A DNA stretch of 47,343 bases from Cytophagales bacterium (lineage in GTDB: Bacteria > Bacteroidota > Bacteroidia > Cytophagales > UBA9547): positions 1-47,343 of the forward strand of contig JBJXGB010000208.1 in assembly GCA_046152935.1 (NCBI GenBank), in the 5' to 3' direction. Each line of letters opens with the position of its first letter. Position 1 is the stretch's first letter. Shown piece by piece: positions 27,447 to 37,662 of the stretch. The notes beneath the pieces were generated by a model that saw only the letters and a program-made list of their open reading frames with translations, was not told the origin of the DNA and did not search any database. The position numbers and the translations under genes were made by a program.

Positions 27447-28694
27447 TTATTCAATTACAGAATCAAGTTGCTTGGTTTTATTCTCAAAGTTGAACGATAA
27501 CGCAAATCTAAACGATTCTGCCAATGGGTTAGTACGCTCAGTAGCAATGAGATACGCCATGTCTAAGCCCACTGTTTGATAGCGAACACCAATGCCAACA
27601 GTGAAATATTTTCTGCCACCTTTTTGTACATCTTCGTAGAAATATCCACCACGTACCGCAAACATGTTATCGTACCAGTATTCCATACCGACACTGTACA
27701 TTATTTCCCTCAACTCTTCTTGCGCACCAAAAGGAGCATCTGAAAAAGAGCTAAACATGCCATTTACCAAGTTTTTATTTGGAGCTGCTAAATATGGTAG
27801 TCTTTGCTTGCCACCTGTAGTGTCCGTGTAGAGTACTTCCGAAGATGGCACCATCAATTTGGTGGCTTGCAAAGCCAAACTAAACTTGTTGTATTCATCG
27901 ACTTGATGTGTGAGAACTGTACCCAAACGCAACGTAGTAGGAATAAAATCGGCACGAGACGAGCTAGAATACGATATTTTGTTGCCAATGTTGGTGATGG
28001 CTATTCCTGCCGCAATATTGAAATCTCGGTCGTCTATTACCAAATCGCGATTGTAATAAAAACCAATATCGGCTGCTGCTGCTTGCCCTGGTCGGGTTTG
28101 CGTGCCAGCATTGTTGCTAAAGTTGCCAGAAAGATCGGAAAATATATATTTCAAACTCAAACCACCACTAAATCCTTTGCCCAATACCCTTGAATATGTG
28201 CCCATTGCAGAAAATTCGCGAGGATTGTAATCCAATACTACACCACCATTATTATCAGTAAACGTTATTTTGCCAAGATTGAAGTAGGTCAAAGACAAAC
28301 TAATGGCATCTACTTTTCTCAGTTTGTAGTAGCCGGTAAGGTAAACAAGTGACATATCATCTACTATTTTTGCCAACCAAGGATTGTAAGTGAGTGCAAC
28401 ACCAAAGTCTTTGTTTATTTGTGCCAATTTACCTGGATTCCAATGGGCAGAATACTCATCTGGTGTAGTGGCTACACCTTGGTCGCCAAGCGAAGCACCT
28501 CGTGCATCGGGGGCAATGGTCAAAAAAGGAACTGCGGTTTGTATGGGTTTCAAACCATTTTCAATTTCTGTCAATCGACCTGTTACGTCTGCATTGGTGT
28601 TATTGATGCTATTTTGAGCAAAAATGATTGTGGAAGAATAAAAAAAGATAGAAATGCTAGTAAAAATTGACTTTTTAAGCGAATGAAACTTCAT
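27447..28694 (-). CDS. porV: T9SS outer-membrane shuttle PorV
   Basis: TAVPFLTIAPDARG, WNPGK, PWL, RGGYFYE, KGGRKYFT; directly downstream of porU. Confidence 0.93.
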   Translation of the reverse strand: MKFHSLKKSIFTSISIFFYSSTIIFAQNSINNTNADVTGRLTEIENGLKPIQTAVPFLTIAPDARGASLGDQGVATTPDEYSAHWNPGKLAQINKDFGVALTYNPWLAKIVDDMSLVYLTGYYKLRKVDAISLSLTYFNLGKITFTDNNGGVVLDYNPREFSAMGTYSRVLGKGFSGGLSLKYIFSDLSGNFSNNAGTQTRPGQAAAADIGFYYNRDLVIDDRDFNIAAGIAITNIGNKISYSSSSRADFIPTTLRLGTVLTHQVDEYNKFSLALQATKLMVPSSEVLYTDTTGGKQRLPYLAAPNKNLVNGMFSSFSDAPFGAQEELREIMYSVGMEYWYDNMFAVRGGYFYEDVQKGGRKYFTVGIGVRYQTVGLDMAYLIATERTNPLAESFRFALSFNFENKTKQLDSVIE

Positions 28695-28728
28695 TATGCA
28701 AATTATAAAATTATGTAAAAGAAATACG

Positions 28729-31700
28729 TCAACGAATAACAACCAATTTTTCTATGCCCAAGGCTTCAGAATTATTGGTCATCGATCGCACTTTGCAACG
28801 GTAAACGTAAGTTCCCGCTGCAATATTGTTGGTCGCTGCTATATCCCAACGATAATCGATGGTGCCAGAGCTATTAATGATGATGTCTGAAATTTTGTAA
28901 ACCAATTTACCAGACCTATCTATTATATCGATGTCAAGAGCCAAATCTTGCCCAGCATAATTGTGAATAAATTGAAACGTAGTAGCTTCGTTGGCGGGAT
29001 TTGGGTAATTTAACAGGCTTTCTAATTTAATTTGAGCGGTATTTGATACAATAAAATCTACTTTTTGTTCGGATGAATTGTTGTAAGTATCCCAAGCTTT
29101 AAGTGTTAAAGTGTGATTTCCCTCTGCTAATGTGCTTAATTGATAGTTTACTTTTCCTTTTTGGTAGGTGTTCAAGGCATTTTCGTAAAAATCGTTTAAT
29201 ATCACTGGGTTGTTGCTTTCACCATCGATGATAGCTGTAATTTCATGGCCTACTGATGAACGCGCAATATTTATACCACTTTTATCGTACAGATTTGCCA
29301 ATAGATACGGAGCATCATTTGTGAGGCCACCATTTTTGAAAGTAGAATCGTTCATAAAAAGCCTTATTTCTGGAGCAGTATCGTCATTTGGTGCGGTGAG
29401 TGAGCCGCCTCCGATGATAAAATCGGTTTTGTAGCCTCCAGCATCTATTTTTTGGTTTTTGTCGAATGCATAAATGCTTATTTTCCCAGAACCAAAACGG
29501 TAATTAATATCTTTTGGTACGATAAAATTGGTGGAAAATTTACCATTTTTCACTTCTGTTTTACCAGCATAAAAAATGCTCGATCTTTGAGCGATTTTTG
29601 TTGCAACACTGTACTGTTGGCCTAAAGTGTTGAAAGTATCTGCTTTGTCGTATATTTCAAATACTATTTCTCCATTAAAATCTGATTTCAACGTTGAATC
29701 ATTGTCGGAAGCAATGATGCCTTCAATTTTCATTTCCGACAATGCCCTTACTGTATCTGTTTGCTTGTCATTTATTTTGGTGACAAAGGCCTTGTATTTT
29801 GGATAATTCAATGTCATCGATGGGTCGCCAATGAGTGAATAGCTTCGGTTTGATATTCCGGCTGTGCTTTGGTTTTTAGTTCGTTTAATAATTTCGCCCA
29901 ATGTTGGCATATTTCCATCTTCCGTAGGCTTGAAAGCGGCATCGTAAAAAGCATTGTTCAACAAATAATTTGTATTGGAATAAACGGCTCTGGTGGCAGA
30001 AATCACGCCAATTCCACCACCATCTGGTTTGGTTAGCATTATTACCCCTCCTGAAAGTTTAGACGGGTCGTCATACGTGCTGAAATCGCAAGTGGCCGTA
30101 ACCCAAAATGGCAAGCGATCGATATTTTCCCAACTTTCTAACGTTGGTTTTGTAATTACGCCTTCCTGCGAAAGGCCTTCAGTGCCACCATGCCCTACAT
30201 AATTCACAATCAAAGCCCCTTGGTTGATCGATTTTCGTATCGCTTCGGCTGCCCCTGGCGTTTCGATGCCTTTTGGAGTAGATTTATCTTGATAGGCATC
30301 AAGGTATATTTTCCCTACATTTATATTTGGGTAAAGTGCTGACGACTTGTTTGAGAGCCTTTCGCTATCATTTGAAAATGTATTCCCTTCTCCAGGGTTA
30401 CTACCATTATCGGCAATAAAAGATATTTTATTGCGCCATTTGCCAAAAGAATTGCCTGTTTCGTAAGCAATCAGCTTGTTTACTACGTTTTGGGCTTCTA
30501 CAGAATTTCTTACTGGAATTCTACCAATTCCAATCTGCATATTGTAGTTGTCTGAGCCATTTTCTTCCCAATTACCTTCATTATCTCCGAAAAAAGCAAA
30601 ATAGTCTTCTGAAGAATAGCTACTTATTGAATTGAATGAATTTTTAGCTTCGTAGCAAGGCACAAAATTTGTGTTATTATCTATTCTGTCTTTGTAATCG
30701 AATGAACAACCCCCAAAAAGAAGCAGATTTTTCAATCCCCCGCGTTTATAAAACATTCGGCATGCATCTCGAATGGCTGTAATATCCTGCCCACCACTTG
30801 AAAATTCGTTGTAGACTTGATCTGTAGTTACCACCTCAGTTTTTATGCCTTGGATTCTTCGGTACGTAGCTAGTTCATTTGCTTGGACTAAGAACGAATT
30901 GTGTGTTACGATCAATAAATCGGGAGTAGTCAAGCCATGAATATTTTGATTGGTAACTTTCCCTACAAAAGCAGGAGTTAAATTGATTGATTGTGGTGTA
31001 AAAGCTACATATTCGTGCAAGACTGAATCTGTCTTCGATAGAAATTCTATCTTTGTGCCGAGCGAATTTGCTACTAAAATTGGATTGTAAGGCGTGGTTA
31101 CATTCCAAACCTTTGATCTTGCAGAAGCATCAGATACTTGATAGTTGGTTTCGGATGTTGGCTTTAATAATCGAAACAAAACCTGTCCATTATTACCAAG
31201 AGCAAGTTTTTTCTTGAAATTTATGTTTAAGTAATTCAAATAGCTTTTGCCTTCTGGGTCAGCATTTGGGTTGGCAGATACTGATATTGGCACACTCGCG
31301 GCATTGCTAATATTATTTGGAATAATGTTAAAAAGAGCCGATTGAATGGTGCCAAGCTGGTAGCAATTGTTGCATTTAATGCTACTTCCGATCGATAAAG
31401 TTCCAAATGCTGCTCCATTTAATTTGTATTGAAAATTGATGGTTGCCGATTGTCCATTTGCTAATCCAAATTTCAATGCGGCTTCAGTTTTTAATTTTAC
31501 AGTTGTGCCAGTCACATAGCCAGACATATCAAAAGCTTGTGTAAAAGTATTTGAGGTGGTAAAATCGTGGCCTAGCCACTCTCTGCCAGATTTCAACAAA
31601 TTTATGGCATCGTTTTCATAAAAAGTACGCTCATCAAATTCGGTTTGGAATTCCAGGCCAGTGGCCACGGAAAGTTTGGTTTCGATTCTTTTTCCATCAT

Positions 31701-32139
31701 TTTCACCGTATGTGATGAAATAATAAGCAAAATCGCTGTAAATATTTTTTTGGTGGATGAATATTCCCGCATTTACATCAGCCTTCCAAGTGGTCGGACC
31801 GTGGGCATAAAATAATATATAATCTTCTGGATTGAATTTTCCATCAGCTTCTCCTACGATTTCAATCGGATTTTCGGCCAGATCATCAACCCTGAAAGTT
31901 TTGTTCATTTGAGGAAGCATTCCGCCTCCATTTCCGTATATTTTTATTTTTCTCGGGTCGATATTGTCAATACCAATACCTATATTTTTTAGGAAATTAT
32001 AGTCTATTTTATGAACTCCAGTTTCAGAAACACTGATTTTGTACCAATTTCCTTTCGCAAGCACTGATTCTGGGGCATTTGAAAAAGCAAAAAATGAAAT
32101 GCATACAAAAGCAAAAAGCAAACCTTTCGTAAAAGTCAT
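28729..32139 (-). CDS. porU: T9SS sortase PorU
   Basis: SVLAKGNWYKI, YGNGGGMLP, YNEFSSG, C25 dyad YVGHGG / ATCDF, KAWD, type-A CTD ending KLVVIR. Alternative start at 32160. Confidence 0.95.
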   Translation of the reverse strand: MTFTKGLLFAFVCISFFAFSNAPESVLAKGNWYKISVSETGVHKIDYNFLKNIGIGIDNIDPRKIKIYGNGGGMLPQMNKTFRVDDLAENPIEIVGEADGKFNPEDYILFYAHGPTTWKADVNAGIFIHQKNIYSDFAYYFITYGENDGKRIETKLSVATGLEFQTEFDERTFYENDAINLLKSGREWLGHDFTTSNTFTQAFDMSGYVTGTTVKLKTEAALKFGLANGQSATINFQYKLNGAAFGTLSIGSSIKCNNCYQLGTIQSALFNIIPNNISNAASVPISVSANPNADPEGKSYLNYLNINFKKKLALGNNGQVLFRLLKPTSETNYQVSDASARSKVWNVTTPYNPILVANSLGTKIEFLSKTDSVLHEYVAFTPQSINLTPAFVGKVTNQNIHGLTTPDLLIVTHNSFLVQANELATYRRIQGIKTEVVTTDQVYNEFSSGGQDITAIRDACRMFYKRGGLKNLLLFGGCSFDYKDRIDNNTNFVPCYEAKNSFNSISSYSSEDYFAFFGDNEGNWEENGSDNYNMQIGIGRIPVRNSVEAQNVVNKLIAYETGNSFGKWRNKISFIADNGSNPGEGNTFSNDSERLSNKSSALYPNINVGKIYLDAYQDKSTPKGIETPGAAEAIRKSINQGALIVNYVGHGGTEGLSQEGVITKPTLESWENIDRLPFWVTATCDFSTYDDPSKLSGGVIMLTKPDGGGIGVISATRAVYSNTNYLLNNAFYDAAFKPTEDGNMPTLGEIIKRTKNQSTAGISNRSYSLIGDPSMTLNYPKYKAFVTKINDKQTDTVRALSEMKIEGIIASDNDSTLKSDFNGEIVFEIYDKADTFNTLGQQYSVATKIAQRSSIFYAGKTEVKNGKFSTNFIVPKDINYRFGSGKISIYAFDKNQKIDAGGYKTDFIIGGGSLTAPNDDTAPEIRLFMNDSTFKNGGLTNDAPYLLANLYDKSGINIARSSVGHEITAIIDGESNNPVILNDFYENALNTYQKGKVNYQLSTLAEGNHTLTLKAWDTYNNSSEQKVDFIVSNTAQIKLESLLNYPNPANEATTFQFIHNYAGQDLALDIDIIDRSGKLVYKISDIIINSSGTIDYRWDIAATNNIAAGTYVYRCKVRSMTNNSEALGIEKLVVIR

Positions 32140-32205
32140 ATTAAAATGATGTAAAAACATTCATACAAGATGGTACAGTAAAGGTTGTTTTCGATAGGGT
32201 ATAAT

Positions 32206-32457
32206 TTAGAGATTGGATATTTTGAAAGAGTAGCTTTCCATTATCATATTGGCCAATAGCTTTTTGCAAGCCATTTCTACATCATTTTCAGCTTCAGCAA
32301 GCGAATTAGTATCAAGAGTGATGACAATATGTTTGCCAATTCGAACGTCTAATGCAGTATTTATTCCCAAATTTCCTAGTCCTAACAATACCGCTTTGCC
32401 TTGTGGATCTAAAATTTCCTTGAGCGGCATTACATCAATTTCAGCAATAAATTTCAT
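32206..32457 (-). CDS. purS: FGAM synthase subunit PurS
   Basis: LDPQGKAV, VRIGK, CKKLLAN. Confidence 0.95.
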   Translation of the reverse strand: MKFIAEIDVMPLKEILDPQGKAVLLGLGNLGINTALDVRIGKHIVITLDTNSLAEAENDVEMACKKLLANMIMESYSFKISNL

Positions 32458-32548
32458 TCCTATATGTGTTGCTTTTTAATTTTATTAGTTGCGGAAGCAG
32501 AAGATACTTACACAATCTTTTCAAATATTGAAACTTTTCTAAATCACA

Positions 32549-33244
32549 TTATGATTTGTACATCAGATTTTTAACTAACGACAAAAGTATATACAATATT
32601 ATAATTAAAGGTAAGGCAGTATAAAATAAAGTAAAAAAAAGTGCATTTGAAATGATGATTAGTAGAAGTGGGAACAGGTTATCTTTCCAATTCATTTTTT
32701 TGAATTTTAGGGAAAATAGTTTCAGATCTGATACCAAAAGCAGGCAAAATATGATTATGATGGCACTTAAAGTATTTTGGGTGAATATAAAATTGAGTAA
32801 ATGAGATTTGTCGTTGAATAAAATCAAAGGAAATGACACGAAAAATATAGCATTGGCTGGTGTTGGTAAGCCAAAAAAATCGACAGATTGGCGTGGATCG
32901 TTGTTGAATTTGGCCAATCGCAAAGCCGAAAATACTGGAATAAGCAAGGCGATATTAGGCAAATATGGGTTTGTAGCGTAAATACCCAATATTTTATACA
33001 TCACAAAACCAGGCAGCACGCCAAAAGTGACCATATCGGCCAAAGAATCGAGGTCTTTACCAATCGTAGATTGTACTTTTAATAATCTGGCGGCAAAACC
33101 ATCAATAAAATCGAAAAAAGCACCAGCAAACACAAAATAAGCGGCATTCATTAAATTATTATTGAACACCTGAATAATGCCAAGCAAGCCACAAACGATA
33201 TTGCAACAAGTAAGGAAATTGGGAATATGACGAATGAAAAACAA
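32549..33244 (-). CDS. pssA: CDP-diacylglycerol--serine O-phosphatidyltransferase
   Basis: IPNFLT, DFIDGFAAR-GKDLDSLADMVTFG, RLAKFN, FGLPTPA. Confidence 0.9.
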   Translation of the reverse strand: MFFIRHIPNFLTCCNIVCGLLGIIQVFNNNLMNAAYFVFAGAFFDFIDGFAARLLKVQSTIGKDLDSLADMVTFGVLPGFVMYKILGIYATNPYLPNIALLIPVFSALRLAKFNNDPRQSVDFFGLPTPANAIFFVSFPLILFNDKSHLLNFIFTQNTLSAIIIIFCLLLVSDLKLFSLKFKKMNWKDNLFPLLLIIISNALFFTLFYTALPLIIILYILLSLVKNLMYKS

Positions 33245-33266
33245 GGCTTTGTGTGTGTCTATTAAG

Positions 33267-33308
33267 TTTTCTCTTTTCTCTTTATTCTTATGTCTTTTCT
33301 CTTTGGTC
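33267..33308. repeat. Six-unit degenerate heptamer tandem array (TTnnnTC)
   Basis: ttttctc ttttctc tttattc ttatgtc ttttctc tttggtc. Confidence 0.75.
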
Positions 33309-33309
33309 T

Positions 33310-33960
33310 TTAAATAATCACGCCATCTTTCATTTCAAGCTTGCGATCGGCCATATTTGCCAAATCTTGGTTGTGTGTCACGATCACAAACGATTGCCCC
33401 AATTCATTTCTTAATTTGAAAAACAAATGATGCAATTCTTCGGCATTTTTTGAGTCGAGATTGCCACTTGGTTCATCGGCAAATACGATTTCGGGGCTAT
33501 TTATCAAAGCCCGAGCTACGGCAGTTCTTTGTTGCTCGCCCCCCGACAATTCAGATGGTTTATGATTTGTACGGTGCTCAATATTGAGCAATTTCATCAA
33601 TTCTAAAGCTTTTTTTTGGGTTTCAGCCTCTTTTTTATTGCCAATATAGGCAGGAATACAAATATTTTCCAGCGCTGTAAACTCTGGCAATAAATTGTGA
33701 AACTGAAATATAAATCCGATTTGCTGGTTGCGAACTTTGGCTAGTTCATTGTCTTTGAGTTTGAGTAAATCTACATTATTCAACATCAAATTCCCTTCAT
33801 CGGCCTTGTCTAGCGTGCCAATAATATGCAATAATGTGCTTTTGCCAGCCCCAGACGAGCCCACAATCGATACCACTTCGCTTTTCTCGATAGTGAGATT
33901 GATACCTTTGAGTACTTGCAAAGGGCCATAAGTTTTTTTGATGTTTTGGGCGATAAGCAT
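33310..33960 (-). CDS. lolD: ABC transporter ATP-binding protein, LolD-like
   Basis: GSSGAGKST, FQFHNLLPEFTALEN, LSGGEQQR, ADEPSGNLD. Confidence 0.85.
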   Translation of the reverse strand: MLIAQNIKKTYGPLQVLKGINLTIEKSEVVSIVGSSGAGKSTLLHIIGTLDKADEGNLMLNNVDLLKLKDNELAKVRNQQIGFIFQFHNLLPEFTALENICIPAYIGNKKEAETQKKALELMKLLNIEHRTNHKPSELSGGEQQRTAVARALINSPEIVFADEPSGNLDSKNAEELHHLFFKLRNELGQSFVIVTHNQDLANMADRKLEMKDGVII

Positions 33961-34027
33961 TCAATTTATTTCAGTTACGCAATTCAACACTACTACAAGA
34001 TGGATGGCAAGCAAAAGAGTATTTGGC

Positions 34028-34774
34028 TTACATGTAGTTCAAATCGTTGTTGGCCTTCAATTTTATTACCCCAATGGCATTGAGGCCCAGTATTATTGGA
34101 TAAGTAGGGTCAAATTCAAACCACTTTTTGCCGAAATTTGCCCTGCCACCAAATTTGTGGTGATTATTATGATAGCTTTCGCCCATCATCAAAAAATCGA
34201 CAGGCAATAAGTTTTTGGCTGTATCGCTCATTTGGTAGCTTACATAGCCGTATTTGTGTGCGAAATAATTGATAATCGCACCATGAACAGGCCCCATGAA
34301 AAAGTGGATAGGTAGCAATAGATACTGCCACCAAGCTGTAGCAAATTGCACATAAAACAAAACATAAAATACGCCCCAAGCAATTCGGCTAAGGTATTGA
34401 CTGCCAAGCCATTCGATGAACTTAAAATCAGGCACTCCTTTCTTGAATTTTGGGTCTATATCAGCAATATCAAGTCGTATATCGTGGTATATTTTTTTTG
34501 TTTTCCACATCATATCAAAAAGCCCATCTGAATACATGGGCGAATGCGGGTCTTTTTCGGTATCGGCAAAGGCATGGTGCATTCTGTGCATGATGCCATA
34601 GCCTTTTGGGCTTAAAAAAGAAGAACCTTGGAATATATAGGTGAGTACATAAAATACTTTCTCGGCCGATTTGCTCATGGTGAACATTTGGTGGGCTGCG
34701 TAGCGATGCAAAAAGAAAGTCTGGGCAAAAAGAGATAAATACCAGTGGGCGAGGAAGAATATATAAATGGCCAT
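34028..34774 (-). CDS. Membrane fatty acid (acyl-CoA) desaturase
   Basis: His boxes HRYAAH, HRMHH, HNNHH; DPHSP; TAGATTTG -7 element at 34806-34813. Confidence 0.92.
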   Translation of the reverse strand: MAIYIFFLAHWYLSLFAQTFFLHRYAAHQMFTMSKSAEKVFYVLTYIFQGSSFLSPKGYGIMHRMHHAFADTEKDPHSPMYSDGLFDMMWKTKKIYHDIRLDIADIDPKFKKGVPDFKFIEWLGSQYLSRIAWGVFYVLFYVQFATAWWQYLLLPIHFFMGPVHGAIINYFAHKYGYVSYQMSDTAKNLLPVDFLMMGESYHNNHHKFGGRANFGKKWFEFDPTYPIILGLNAIGVIKLKANNDLNYM

Positions 34775-34993
34775 TTTGAGAGTATTTTTTGATTGTATAC
34801 GGTTGCAAATCTAAAAAACTATTAACTAAAGCGTGTATTTTTTATAATTGTTTTCGTTTTGTGTTGTATAAAGCACCAAAGTATTTCAAAAATCGAAGAT
34901 TTTGTAGTGTTTCTTTATTAGTGTGAATTAAATCAAACTATTTTTTGATTATCTGTAAATAAAGCCAAATTTGCTGGGAAAATATTAAATGCT

Positions 34994-35905
34994 ATGTCGG
35001 TACAAATCACAAACCTCACCAAACTATACGGAGAGCAAAAAGCGGTAGATAATATCAGTTTTTCAGTTGCTAAAGGCGAAATTGTTGGTTTTTTAGGGCC
35101 AAATGGGGCAGGGAAGTCTACCACGATGAAGATTGCTACTTGTTTTATACCACCAACGCTAGGTGAAATAAAAGTTTGCGGCTTTGACGTGACTAAGCAG
35201 GCATTGGAAGTGAAAAAAAGAGTGGGTTATTTGCCAGAGCACAATCCTTTATATACCGAAATGTACATTAAAGAGTATCTGCATTTTATTGGTAGTCTTT
35301 ATGGGTTGCATGGTAAAGTTTTGGATGCCAAAGTAGCCGAAATGATAAAAATAACGGGGTTATCGCCCGAAAAACACAAAAAAATAGGCGAATTAAGCAA
35401 AGGCTATCGCCAGCGAACAGGCTTGGCTGCGGCTTTGATTCACAATCCTGAAGTGTTGATTTTAGATGAGCCAACCACGGGTCTCGATCCCAATCAAGTA
35501 GTGGAAATTCGCCAATTAATCAAAGAAATTGGAAAAGAGAAAACTGTGATACTTTCCACCCATATCATGCAAGAGGTCGAAGCCATGTGCAGTAGGGTTA
35601 TCATCATTAATCAAGGAAAAATAGTAGCCGACAATTCGGTGTCGAACATCGCAGAGACGGTAGTTCAAAAGGCTTTTAAAATTGTACTTCAATTTGAAAA
35701 CAATGTGCAAATAGCTGATTTACAGATGATTGAGAACGTGGAATCAATTAAGGAACTGGGCAATATCAAATTTGAATTGATAGCAACGAAGGACATTAGA
35801 AACCAATTGTTCAAATTGGCAAGCGAAAGAAACTGGTCGTTGGTAGAATTGAAATTGGAAGAAACTACATTGGAATCAGTTTTTCAACAACTTACTAAAA
35901 TCTAA
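34994..35905 (+). CDS. gldA: Gliding-motility ABC transporter ATPase GldA
   Basis: GFLGPNGAGKSTTMK, GYLPEHNPLY, LSKGYRQR, STHIMQEVEA. Confidence 0.88.
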   Translation: MSVQITNLTKLYGEQKAVDNISFSVAKGEIVGFLGPNGAGKSTTMKIATCFIPPTLGEIKVCGFDVTKQALEVKKRVGYLPEHNPLYTEMYIKEYLHFIGSLYGLHGKVLDAKVAEMIKITGLSPEKHKKIGELSKGYRQRTGLAAALIHNPEVLILDEPTTGLDPNQVVEIRQLIKEIGKEKTVILSTHIMQEVEAMCSRVIIINQGKIVADNSVSNIAETVVQKAFKIVLQFENNVQIADLQMIENVESIKELGNIKFELIATKDIRNQLFKLASERNWSLVELKLEETTLESVFQQLTKI

Positions 35906-35935
35906 TTTATTTGCACAAAGGAATGATGGTTTTCA

Positions 35936-36367
35936 CTATTTATCCTCCAATTTTTTTAATAATATTTTCACAAATTCCCGCTCGGCATAGTACAGTTTTG
36001 CCGCTTGCCTTTGGGAAATGATCTTGGTAAATTTCAACATGTATTCCTTTTCTAGTTGAATTTTCGCTTCTTTGAAAGAAAAGAGCGTTTTGATGTCTTG
36101 TGAAATTTGGTCTTCATTAAGCTGATCTATTTGCTTTTCCATCGACAAAGCCGCTATTTTTGACTTTAGTTCCTTTCTTTTAGCAGAATATTCGTTGTAC
36201 ATAGGCCAGAAACTAGCAGCTTGATTCGAGCTTAAGTCAAGCCTATCGGTAAGAAACCCAATCTTGATGGCTTCCATTTTATCTTTAGTAGAAGTGGCTT
36301 GTCCATGTATCGTGATGGAAAAACCGAACCACAAAAAAAGTAAAATAAGGATGTATTTATAATTCAT
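35936..36367 (-). CDS. Exported helical protein (Spy/CpxP-like), third gene of the ECF operon
   Basis: Signal peptide; KIGFLTDRLDLSSNQAASFWPMYNEY; LYYAEREF. Confidence 0.7.
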   Translation of the reverse strand: MNYKYILILLFLWFGFSITIHGQATSTKDKMEAIKIGFLTDRLDLSSNQAASFWPMYNEYSAKRKELKSKIAALSMEKQIDQLNEDQISQDIKTLFSFKEAKIQLEKEYMLKFTKIISQRQAAKLYYAEREFVKILLKKLEDK

Positions 36368-37016
36368 CTGTCAATATTAAATCGTTCACATCTGATGCTG
36401 ATAATTGATGTTGGTTGATGTTTTCCTCCCAATTTACTGCAGATGGAAGGCTAGAAGCTTCAATTTCGTCACTTTTCATGGCTATATAGCTTGCAATTTC
36501 TTCCTTGCTCAAATTATCAATCAATGCCATTGTGTTTTCTGTATTTTTATTTGTCGTCAATTGCAAGAAAACGTAAGCAAAAGTAAAAATTAGAAACGTT
36601 GCAGCCATCAAATAAATGGGCTGGCTTGCCATATTTGGAAGCCATTCCCATTGCGTATTTGGCTGCTTTTGAACTGGAATTCTTTCTTTTATTTTACTCG
36701 AAAGCTGGTCGAAATAGCCATTAGGCACTTCAAAGTTTATTTCTTGTTTTGAAATAAGCCAAGGTTGCACCTTATAGATTTCGCTTGTTTTTTCAAGAAT
36801 AGTTTCTTCTAATTTGGCAAAATAGCCCTCGTTTATATTAATAGTTTGAAATTCTGCTGGTTTGGAATGCAAAATAAAGACCATTTTCTCTTTCAATTGA
36901 GCCATTGCTACTGTTTTGTGTATGATATTCACCTCCATTTTTTGGAAATAATTATCTGGCACTTCTCCAGTATTTTTGATGAACTGATCGATCGATATAA
37001 TTTTTTTACTTTTCAT
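36357..37016 (-). CDS. Probable anti-sigma factor (single TM)
   Basis: Follows the ECF sigma gene; three xPxxYF-like repeats (VPDNYF, INEGYF, VPNGYF), then one TM helix. Track start is 37031. Confidence 0.7.
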   Translation of the reverse strand: MKSKKIISIDQFIKNTGEVPDNYFQKMEVNIIHKTVAMAQLKEKMVFILHSKPAEFQTININEGYFAKLEETILEKTSEIYKVQPWLISKQEINFEVPNGYFDQLSSKIKERIPVQKQPNTQWEWLPNMASQPIYLMAATFLIFTFAYVFLQLTTNKNTENTMALIDNLSKEEIASYIAMKSDEIEASSLPSAVNWEENINQHQLSASDVNDLILTDEL

Positions 37017-37023
37017 TTTGTAT

Positions 37024-37051
37024 TTGGACAATCAAATAAGGCGTTGGTTTA
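37024..37051 (-). promoter_or_regulatory. Candidate ECF promoter TAAACC-N15-TGTCCAA overlapping the sigma stop codon
   Basis: Same boxes and spacing as 38665-38692. Confidence 0.55.
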
Positions 37052-37588
37052 AAGTTTGTTGACATATTCTTCGATTTTTTTTGTGGCATGATGGTAAGAA
37101 GCTTTCAACGCCCCAACCGAAGTGCCAAGTACTTCCGATATTTCTTCATATTTCATCTCATCAAAATATTTCATGTTGAAAACCAATCGTTGTTTTTCGG
37201 GCAATGTGAGCAGTGCTTTTTGGAAATGTTTTTGAATTTCATCTCCATCTAGGGGCGAACTATTGTCGATCTTATTTTTTAATTCGCCTTCTACATCGCC
37301 AATGGGCAGAAAAAACCGCCTTCTCTTTTTTGCCAAAAAATTAAGGCTTTCATTGGTAGCAATGCGATATATCCACGTATAAAGTGCGGATTGACCTTGA
37401 AAATTATCTAATCCTTTCCAAATTTTAATAAAAGTTTCTTGCACTAAATCGTCTGCATCATCATGATCGACCACCATACGCCTGATATGATAGTAGACTT
37501 TTTTCTGGTATTGTTTTACCAATACATGAAAAGCCCAGTTTCTAGAAGTGGGTTCATAAAATTTATCTAAAATTTCCTGGTCCGTCAT
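37049..37588 (-). CDS. ECF RNA polymerase sigma factor
   Basis: DADDLVQETFIKIW, TWIYRIATN, LPEKQRLVF, YEEISEVLGTSVGALKASYH. Confidence 0.95.
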   Translation of the reverse strand: MTDQEILDKFYEPTSRNWAFHVLVKQYQKKVYYHIRRMVVDHDDADDLVQETFIKIWKGLDNFQGQSALYTWIYRIATNESLNFLAKKRRRFFLPIGDVEGELKNKIDNSSPLDGDEIQKHFQKALLTLPEKQRLVFNMKYFDEMKYEEISEVLGTSVGALKASYHHATKKIEEYVNKL

Positions 37589-37608
37589 TGCACAGATTTA
37601 GCGTGGAT

Positions 37609-37651
37609 AAAAATAAAAAAACAGGGCCATAAACCCTGTTTTTTTATTTTT
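37609..37651 (-). terminator. Intrinsic terminator after the lipoprotein gene
   Basis: AAAAATAAAAAAACAGGG-ccataaa-CCCTGTTTTTTTATTTTT. Confidence 0.8.
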
Positions 37652-37662
37652 ATTTACAATGA

